From the NCBI GenBank assembly GCA_964014485.1, contig CAXHAT010000196.1, positions 1 to 14,816 of the forward strand: 14,816 nt of DNA, given 5' to 3'. Under the pieces are notes generated by a model. The model had not been told where the DNA came from and searched no databases. It worked only from the letters and a program-made list of their open reading frames with translations. Position numbers and translations under genes: made by a program. Positions within the stretch are counted from its first letter, which is position 1; every line of letters begins with the position of its first letter. Below are positions 1 to 7,500 of the stretch, piece by piece. Origin of the DNA: an uncultured Deferribacteres bacterium. Its GTDB lineage: Bacteria > Zhuqueibacterota > Zhuqueibacteria > Zhuqueibacterales > Geothermadaptataceae.

Positions 1-3000
1 TGCTGGCCGACTTTGATCGTGTAGAGATAAAGTCCGCTGGCCACGCGAGCGCCGGAGTGGTCGCGGGCGTCCCAGGTCACTTTGTGCGCGCCGGGGGCGT
101 AATCACCGAAAGCCAGCGTGCGCACGAGCTGTCCCGCGCTGCTGTAAATATTCAGCGAAACATGCCCGGCTTCCGCCAAATCAAATTGAATCGTCGTGGT
201 CGGGTTGAAAGGATTCGGATAATTCTGATGCAGCGCAAACGCCGTCGGCAACGCTTGTATCTCTGACCGTTCATCAGCTTCAACAAAAGCTTTTGGACTG
301 CCGCAACGATTTAGCGCATCACAATAGCTTTCCCACGCCTTGCTGTAGTCCTTGATACCGTCACCGTGATAGGTCCCGCTGACTTCTGTGTCGCCGTCAG
401 CGAGATCCTTGTCGCCGTCGTCAATGTCGTCCTGCATTTTGCCGCTTGGATTCGGATCGCAGACAAAGACGTCGTTGCGTTTTTGGGTGGCAATATCGCG
501 GGCGAGACTGGAGAGCAGTACCGCCGCCGGGTCCGTGTCCGCGCCTTTGTGGCGCGCTTTTTCCAAATCGTCAGCGGCGTCGCGAATGAGATCAAAGAAG
601 TCTCCGGTGTTTCCGGCCGCATCAGCGCTCAGGGCCTGGTTCAATGCGTCTTTTGCACTCTGCAATGCGCTTAGTGCGTCTGAGGGCGTGTTCGGATCGT
701 TGATCAAAGCCTGCACCTGCGCACAAGCCGTATTGATCACATCCGCAGGCGATTGTACGGTGATCGTGACTTGATCCGTGGCTTGGCAGCCATTGTCCGA
801 AGTGACGGTTACCGTGTAAGTCGTCGTCGTGCCCGGCGTAGCCATTGGATTGGCGGCGGCCGGATCGTCCAAATCGCCGGAAGGCGTCCAGGAAATAGTG
901 AGCGCTCCGGGGCCGGAAGCCGTTGGCGCGCCGCCCAGCTGCACGGTATTTCCGGCATAGATAGTCTGATCTGCGCCAGCGTCCGCAGTCGGATTGGCGT
1001 TGATCGTTAAGTCTCCCGCACCCGTACCGGCACAGCCGTGGACGTCGGTGACCGTGACGTCATAAGTTCCTGCAACGGTTGGATTGATCGATTGCGTACT
1101 TGCCGTAAAACCGCCCGGCCCCATCCAGGCGTGAGTGAAGGGCGCCGCGCCGCCTGAAACATTTGCCGTCATCGTTGCGGTTTGGCCTGAGCAGACCGAA
1201 ACGTCAGCCACAGTGACCACCGGGTTGGCATTAATCGTCAAAACGCCGGAGTCCGTGCCGGTGCAGCCGTGATTATCGGTCACTGTGACGCTGTAAGTCC
1301 CAGCCGTCGTTGGATTGATCGATTGCGAGGTTGATGTAAAACCGCCCGGCCCGGTCCAGGCGTAAGTGAAGGGCGCTGCACCGCCGGAAACGGTGGCGGA
1401 CATCGTTGCGCCGCCGCCCGCGCAGGTTGCAGCATCAACCACGGTGACGGTCGGATTGGCGTTGACGCTCAAGTTTCCAGAATCCGTGCCGGTACAGCCG
1501 TGATTGTCGGTCACAATAACACTGTAGGCGCCGGCTGCTGTTGGATTGATCGATTGTGACGTTGCCGTAAAACCGCCCGGCCCCGTCCAGGCGTAGGTAA
1601 AGGGCGCCGCCCCGCCGGACACGTTCGCCGTCATGCTTGCGGTTTGGCCAGCACAGACTGAAACATCGGCAACCGTCACCGAAGGGGCTGATCGGACCGT
1701 GACAACGACTTGATCCGTATCCGTCCCGCCGTTGCCGTCGTCCACGGTTAAATCAATCGTGTGCGCGCCGACGTTGAGCGAAACCGTTGGGGTGACGCCC
1801 GTTCCAAGCGTGGTCGCGCCTTCTTTCCAGGTATAGGTCAGGGGATTTGAATCGGGATCGCTTGAGCCGGAGCCGTCGAGAGTGACGTTGGCCGAGCCTG
1901 TGGAAGTACAAATGCTCTGATCCGCTCCGGCGTGGGCGGTTGGGGCTTGATTGGTCGACGCTTCAAAGTAATAGGCGGTTTCGGCAAATTCCGTCCCGAT
2001 CATGGCATTGTCGCCGTCCAACGAAATAGCTTGGCCAAACCCGTCATTGAAATCGACGTCGCTGGAAGTGAATTTATCTTTTTCGCTCCATGTCCCGTCC
2101 CCGTTTCTTTCAAAAAGGTAGACGAGTCCTTTGGCGTCGTACTGGTCGAGGAAGCCTTTCTCTGGAGCGCCAATCAGAGCACGCTCTCCGCTAACAGCAA
2201 CGACTCGTCCGAAAAAATCAGCACCTAGTCTATCACTGTGCTGGAGTGTCGCGGTTTCGCTCCATGTTCCATTTGCATCTCGTTCAAAGACGTAAGCCGT
2301 GCCAACTTGAAACTTGGCGCCGACATTTGTATTCTGCGCTCCGATAACGGCTCGATCTCCGTCTAATGAGACAGAGACGCCGAACCTGGGTTCTGGAGTT
2401 TGGCTACTCACCTGGATTCTCGCCGTCTCGCTCCAGGTTCCACCAGCGCCTCGCTCGAAAATGTAGGCGGCGCCTACCGCATTGTTTTCACTCCAGGCGC
2501 CGATAAGGGCTCGTTTCCCGCTCATTGAAATGTCATTACCAAAATTGGCAAGGGCCTGGTTGGTGCTGGGTTGAATTTTTGCCACTTGCCCCCACGTTCC
2601 AGCGGCGTTGCGCTCGAAAACATAGACAGCTCCGGCATAGGCGCCGCCGGTTGCCTCATCAGCGGCTCCGACCATTGCACAGTTTCCATCAATTGCGACC
2701 ACCCCGCCAAAAGAGTCTTCTACTTCTTTATCACTGGCTTCGAGTTTGGCGACTTCACTCCAGGTTCCGCCGGCACTCCGTTCAAAAATATAGGCGGCGC
2801 CGGTAAAATTACCTTTCCGATAAGCGCCAACAATCGCGTAATCGCCGCTAATCGCCACCGATGATCCAAAGTGATCAAAAATCACAGGATCGCTTTGGGT
2901 CAGGTTTGCAACTTCAATCCACGCTCCGCTTGCATTTTGCTCAAAAATGTACGCCCCGCCCGAACTCTGCGCAACGCCGTTTTTGAGCCCGGCGCCGAAT

Positions 3001-3182
3001 ATCGCGCGATTCCCGTCGAGGGCAAGCGAAGATCCGAATCTCGGATCGGACCCTCCAGTGCCTGCATCACTTGCAGTGAGTTTGGCCACTTCCGTCAATT
3101 GTGCTTGAGAAACACTTGCCAACAAGCAAAGATTGAGCAGTATTGTCACTGCGCCTGCAATGGCTTTTTGAACCTTTTTCAT
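1..3182 (-). CDS. Large secreted/surface protein, 3'-truncated at the window edge: signal peptide, 7 FG-GAP blades, PKD/Ig domains, three SprB-like repeats, a helical domain and a T9SS type A sorting/FlgD-Ig-like C-terminal domain
   Basis: Manually translated; absent from the ORF track because no stop lies in the window. ATG at 3182 with an AAGGAGA RBS (3193-3187). Signal peptide MKKVQKAIAGAVTILLNLCLLASVSQA|Q. Seven FG-x-x-(V/L/I)-(A/S)-(L/I/M/V)-(D/S)-G repeats, most followed by G-x-(A/V)-Y-x-F-E. PKD-like NQAPTAHAGADQ...LDGSGSSDPD...LTYTW. C-terminus LPTAFALHQNYPNPFNPTTTIQFDL...VTWDARDHSGARVASGLYLYTIKVG. The frame is the same at both ends (1060 full codons). Confidence 0.93.
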   Translation of the reverse strand, partial: MKKVQKAIAGAVTILLNLCLLASVSQAQLTEVAKLTASDAGTGGSDPRFGSSLALDGNRAIFGAGLKNGVAQSSGGAYIFEQNASGAWIEVANLTQSDPVIFDHFGSSVAISGDYAIVGAYRKGNFTGAAYIFERSAGGTWSEVAKLEASDKEVEDSFGGVVAIDGNCAMVGAADEATGGAYAGAVYVFERNAAGTWGQVAKIQPSTNQALANFGNDISMSGKRALIGAWSENNAVGAAYIFERGAGGTWSETARIQVSSQTPEPRFGVSVSLDGDRAVIGAQNTNVGAKFQVGTAYVFERDANGTWSETATLQHSDRLGADFFGRVVAVSGERALIGAPEKGFLDQYDAKGLVYLFERNGDGTWSEKDKFTSSDVDFNDGFGQAISLDGDNAMIGTEFAETAYYFEASTNQAPTAHAGADQSICTSTGSANVTLDGSGSSDPDSNPLTYTWKEGATTLGTGVTPTVSLNVGAHTIDLTVDDGNGGTDTDQVVVTVRSAPSVTVADVSVCAGQTASMTANVSGGAAPFTYAWTGPGGFTATSQSINPTAAGAYSVIVTDNHGCTGTDSGNLSVNANPTVTVVDAATCAGGGATMSATVSGGAAPFTYAWTGPGGFTSTSQSINPTTAGTYSVTVTDNHGCTGTDSGVLTINANPVVTVADVSVCSGQTATMTANVSGGAAPFTHAWMGPGGFTASTQSINPTVAGTYDVTVTDVHGCAGTGAGDLTINANPTADAGADQTIYAGNTVQLGGAPTASGPGALTISWTPSGDLDDPAAANPMATPGTTTTYTVTVTSDNGCQATDQVTITVQSPADVINTACAQVQALINDPNTPSDALSALQSAKDALNQALSADAAGNTGDFFDLIRDAADDLEKARHKGADTDPAAVLLSSLARDIATQKRNDVFVCDPNPSGKMQDDIDDGDKDLADGDTEVSGTYHGDGIKDYSKAWESYCDALNRCGSPKAFVEADERSEIQALPTAFALHQNYPNPFNPTTTIQFDLAEAGHVSLNIYSSAGQLVRTLAFGDYAPGAHKVTWDARDHSGARVASGLYLYTIKVGQ
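995..1690 (-). repeat. Three tandem 231-bp (77-aa) SprB/Ig-like coding repeats
   Basis: AAAACCGCCCGGCCC recurs with CCGCCCGG at 1111, 1342 and 1573 (period 231). Each unit encodes V-x-D-x-x-x-C-x-G-x-x-A-x-M-x-A-x-VSGGAAPFT(Y/H)AWxGPGGFT...SINPT...Y-x-V-x-VTD-x-HGC. Confidence 0.9.
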
Positions 3183-3244
3183 ACGGTCTCCTTGTTTTAG
3201 TGTCTGTTGAATTATTTTCTGCCATTTTTTGGCAAAACTTTCCA

Positions 3245-3399
3245 AACGCAGAGATGCAAAGGTCGCTGAGCTACGCGGAGTTTTTATAACACAAATGTTG
3301 GAAACCCTATTTATGAATTTGCATCGCCGAGAACTTTCCAAAATGAACTCAAAATTCAATTTTCTCTGCGCTTCTCAGCGACCTTTGCGTCTCTGCGTT
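3245..3399. repeat. REP/REPIN-like inverted repeat pair (36-bp arms, 83-bp spacer)
   Basis: 3245-3280 AACGCAGAGATGCAAAGGTCGCTGAGCTACGCGGAG versus the reverse complement of 3364-3399, AACGCAGAGACGCAAAGGTCGCTGAGAAGCGCAGAG: 31/36 identical. Confidence 0.85.
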
Positions 3400-3607
3400 A
3401 AGTCATGAGATTGAATGATCGCTTCTGATTGGTTCCGGCTTGTCCGGGTTGGGATGAATGGTGAAACGGCAATCGTGAATCGGTATTTTTTCCATTCTTG
3501 ATTGCTAACAGAAAAACGAATGAACACGGTCAGAAGGAGCGCGGATTGAGGGTGGTCGCAAAATATGAGAATGCACGGTTTTCGTCATTGCCGTCAAACA
3601 CTTCGCG

Positions 3608-4450
3608 CTTGGTCGGAAACGATATTAGGTGCATCGTTCATGCTTTTGAACAACCTGCACTGCAATTGTATTTTGAAGGAAAGCTGCGTTCAGGAATGCA
3701 GCGGCTTTTCCTTCTCCCTGCTGACCGAGTGGATGGGGCTGCGTTTTTACGCAATAAACCATCCGTGCTCACGTGCGGAAAAGCGCCTGAGCACATCGAT
3801 CATTCCGCCCTTTTCGCGTTCAAAGGGAGAAAGCATAGCCGTTTTTGAAGAAGACGGGCGCGCTCAAATTCCAGGCGTTGAAGAAATTTGCCCCTCGACC
3901 GCACAAAGCCGAGAATTTCCTCGCACAAAAAGAATTGTTTCAGCGTTTACCCTCGCCCGTCTACTTGGCGGCGAGCCTCTGCTCGAAATGTTAAAATGTT
4001 GGTGTAGAATCCGTTCTGGAAGGCGATGCAAGCCTGCCTGTTTGCATCGTTTCGCACGGGGAGTATTGTTTTACCTCTCCGCCTGCGCGACTTTGGTACG
4101 TTTTATAACCTGGTCATGGTTTTCGTTTTAAGTTTACGTCCTGTTTTTATTTTTGCGGAAAGTTTTAAAGGGTGTTCGGAGTACGGTAGTTCTCAACGAT
4201 TTGTCCTTACCAAACTTTGTTCCTTCTTCCCTTTTTTGAAGAAGCATCGGGAGGCGAGTGAAGAGCGAGAAGGGTAAACGCCCCGCGCTTCTACGCGAAC
4301 CTCCCGGCGCCTTTAAATTTTTTAAAAATAGGATCACGGACGACCGCATCTTGCCGCCGCCCGCAATCCTGCATCCAGGGTTTTTTCTGGAGTATCAATG
4401 TCGCGTCTCGAAAGGGTCTGTTTTCTGTGGGAATAAGATAATCGGCAAGA
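3608..4450 (+). ncRNA. Candidate large structured non-coding RNA (unclassified)
   Basis: At least 15 adjacent or nested helices, including long-range closing stems 3608-16/3721-29, 4139-49/4323-33, 4248-54/4300-06 and 4349-56/4443-50. Internal non-Watson-Crick pairs are repeatedly G-U on the + strand. No credible protein is encoded here. Confidence 0.55.
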
Positions 4451-4467
4451 GGAAGAAATGCTCCCGC

Positions 4468-4541
4468 ATATTGGCCATTCTCTAACGCAAAATGGCCATT
4501 ATAGCTGTAAAACGGCCATTTTTAGCCGTAAATCAGCCATC
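4468..4541. promoter_or_regulatory. Four direct repeats at a 20-21 bp period; probable transcription-factor binding array
   Basis: (G/A)GCCAT cores at 4473, 4494, 4514 and 4535 (spacing 21, 20, 21). Units: ATATTGGCCATTCTCTAACGC / AAAATGGCCATTATAGCTGT / AAAACGGCCATTTTTAGCCGT / AAATCAGCCATC. Confidence 0.6.
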
Positions 4542-4595
4542 GTTGGAAGTTTGAATTTCAGTTACGAATGCAGGATAGTAGCTGGACGGAAAGAG

Positions 4596-7500
4596 CTATT
4601 TGCTCTTGATTTGTAGCGTAATAGCCGAAGGCGTTTTGCCGAATTCTTCTTTGAACACTTTTGAGAAAGCGGAGACGTTGTTATACCCGACTTGATAAGC
4701 GATTTCCGTGATCGTCCCCGCTTCCTTTTCGATAAGCTGTTTGGCGCGCTGTAAACGCATGGTGCGAATAAACCGGGCGGGCGAATGATCCGTCAGCGCC
4801 TTGATTTTGCGCTGTAATTGCCTTTGGCTCATGCCAACCTTTTTGCATAAATCAACAACCCCAAAATCTTCTTCAGCCAGGTTTTCTTCAATCGCGGCCT
4901 TTACATTTTCAAAAAAATCTTCATCCAGCGACGAGACCTGGACGGCGGACGGCGAAGTCGAGAGCGTTTTACTGAACTGTTCGCGCAATTTGCGCCGCAT
5001 CTCGATCAACTTCTCGACACGAAGATTGAGTTCTTTTGTACTGAACGGCTTAATCAGATACGCGTCAACGCCGGTTTTTAAGCCTTCCAGTTTTTCTTCT
5101 TTTGCCGCTTTCGCCGTGACCATGATGATCGGGATATGACTCGTCACTTTGTCGGTTCTCAGTCTGCGCGATAATTCATAACCGTCAATTTTCGGCATCA
5201 TGACGTCGGTGATGATGAGATCAGGAATGAACTCCCTGGCTTTCTCAAATCCTTCTTCGCCGTTTTTAGCTTCAATCACGCTGTACCGCTCTTCTAAGTG
5301 CTGACGAATGTAGGCGCGCACGTCAGCGTTGTCTTCCACCACAAGCACGAACTCGCTGGAAGTCGGAGAATGGAGATTGAAGGACGGATGAACGACATTG
5401 TTGCCGGACGGCTCCAACTGGGGCGTGATTCCGGCGTGGAAAATTTCATCGTTGTCCTTTGCTCTTCTTGCTCCGGTTTCCGTCCCCCGTTCTCCGGGCT
5501 CCGCGACTAATGGGAGCGTAACAAAAAACGCTGTGCCAAAGCCCTCGTCGCTTTCCACTGAAATCTGGCCGCCGTGCAGTTCGACGAGTTCTTTGGTTAG
5601 CGCGAGACCTATGCCCGTGCCTTCGTGTTCGCGCGTTTGTGAGCCGTCGACTTGGTAGAAACGATCGAAAATGTGCGCCAAGCGATCTTTCGGAATGCCC
5701 AGCCCGCTGTCGCGGACAGTGATGAGTAGAAAATGATTGGTATTTGGTTGGTTGTCTTGCTTTTGATCACTATTTACAGCCAACTGGATGCTAATTCTTC
5801 CCCCTTCCAACGTGAATTTTATGGCGTTTGAGAGCAGGTTGTGCATGATCTGCTCGATTTTTTCAGCTTCAAAATTGATGAAGATTGCGTCGTGCTCACA
5901 AGAGAAATGCAATTTGATCTTCTTCGTGTGAGCAAGCGATTCGAACGAGTAAGTTAGATTTTTAATCAGTGGAAGAATGTCTCCGGGCTGAGGGTGCAAT
6001 TTTAGCGCTCCGGATTCCAACTTGGACAGGTCGAGCAATTGATTGATAAGCCGCAGCAGTTGTTTCCCGTTTCTGGCGGCCATGTCTAGTTTTTCCTTCA
6101 TCGCTTGCGTAGGCGAGTCGGGCAACACGCTGCCGATCTGCCCCAGAATCAACGTGAGCGGCGTACGGAATTCATGCGAAATATTAGCAAAAAAGCGAGA
6201 TTTGGTCAGATCGAGTTCTTTGAGTTTTTGTGCCTGAATTCGCAGCTGATCTCTTTGCGCTTTTACGTCGCGAGTTCTTTGCCCAACCAGTGACTCGAGT
6301 TCCTGCGTGCGTTTTTGAAGCCGTCTGACTCGAAAACGCACAAGCCCCATAACGCTGGAGCTTGCTATAAATAAATAAAGCAAAAAGGCCCACCAGGTTC
6401 GATACCACGGCGGGAGCACGACGAATGAGAATGCCGCTTCTTTGCCGAGATGACCAAAAAGGTTTTTTGCACGTACGCGAAATCGATAATCGCCTTCAGG
6501 CAGGTTGGTATATTCTTTTTGTGCGGATTTTGTCCAGCCGGACCAGGTTTTATCAAATCCTTCCAAAAAGGTCTGAAATTCGGTTCGTTCCGGGACCTCA
6601 AAAGTTGTTGCGGCGAAACCAAAACGCATGGTGTTGAACGAGTAGGACAAACGCGGATTCTTGAGCTTTGAATTGACCTTTTCATTAGAAGGCGAAAAAT
6701 TCAAAGCAACAGAGTCCCCGCCGGCGGAAACAGCACGAATTAGCGTTTGAAAGTCGACCTCGTAGTTTTGATCGGCGGTTGGGTCGAAGCGGAAGAGCCC
6801 GTCTGAGCCGCCGAACCAGGCCACGCCGGATTTTTCGCCGTAAACCGTTGTGATGTTATAGTCTTTGAGCGGCAGAAAAGGTTTTTCAATTAAGGTTTCT
6901 CTATTGTTGGCGCCAATGTTTAGGAGCTTCAGATTTCCGCCGTTTTTTAGCCAAATATGCGCTGAACTGCTTGCCAGAACGCGCGAGCCGCTTGGAAGTT
7001 TTTCGCTATATCCCGGTATAGTCGTTTCAAAAAAACGATTTTGATTTTCATCAAATCTATGAAACGCTCTTTTGCATCGAAAATACGTCACTCCATTAAA
7101 AGTGAATACGTCGCGAATATGCTCTCCCAGCCTCTGGCCTTTGCCAAATTCGTCGATGATTGTCTTAAATCCGGGCGCTTGAGATTGCTGCGAATTCGGC
7201 GAATAACGAGTTCTAAAAAGACGAGAACCCGAGTGCAAAGTCCAAAGTTCGCCGGGCCGAGTTTCTACAATTTTCGAAATCGTCGCTTTTAAGTCGAGCG
7301 CTTTCCCTAATTCTTGCCAAGAGCCTGTTGCCTGGTCTCTCCGAAGAATACTGACGCCATTGATTAATCCTGCAAAGAGTAAGGCAGAGTCGGCTTTGGA
7401 TTGATGAATTTTGTAAGTATAAAAGTCCCGCCTTACTGATTCTCTTACGATGCCAAATCCATCCTTTTTGATCTCAAAAACCCCGTCAGCGCCGGCGGCT

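Noticed and set aside
57..3200. Numerous short ORFs in the track (mostly + strand)
   Set aside because: They are antisense or off-frame shadows of the long minus-strand FG-GAP/PKD gene.
3375..3395. c-di-GMP-I riboswitch (GACGCAAAG on the - strand)
   Set aside because: The upstream GGCAAAC/GAAA P2 elements are missing, and the word is part of the inverted-repeat arm.
3560..3595. Minus-strand GNDENRAF resembling a tmRNA tag (ANDEN...)
   Set aside because: No ALAA-stop ending and no tRNA-like ends.
4150..4446. Group I intron-like words: TTGCGGAAAG (P-like), CTCAACGATT (R-like), CCGCAA (Q-like), AAGATAATCG (S-like)
   Set aside because: The order is P-R-Q-S instead of P-Q-R-S, the P7 pairing is imperfect, and there is no interrupted host gene.
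3773..4450. Group II intron (GTGCG at 3773)
   Set aside because: No domain V (AGC/CGC triad hairpin) or domain VI is recognisable, and there is no RT ORF.
3498..4485. Track ORFs 3498-3848, 3565-4131, 4026-4277, 4134-4349 and 4258-4485
   Set aside because: No RBS or recognisable motifs, atypical Cys/Arg/Phe-rich composition and mutual overlaps. The region is better explained as structured non-coding sequence, though coding is not formally excluded.
4468..4541. CRISPR array or plasmid iterons
   Set aside because: The units are contiguous and degenerate with no unique spacers, and there is no cas or rep gene nearby.
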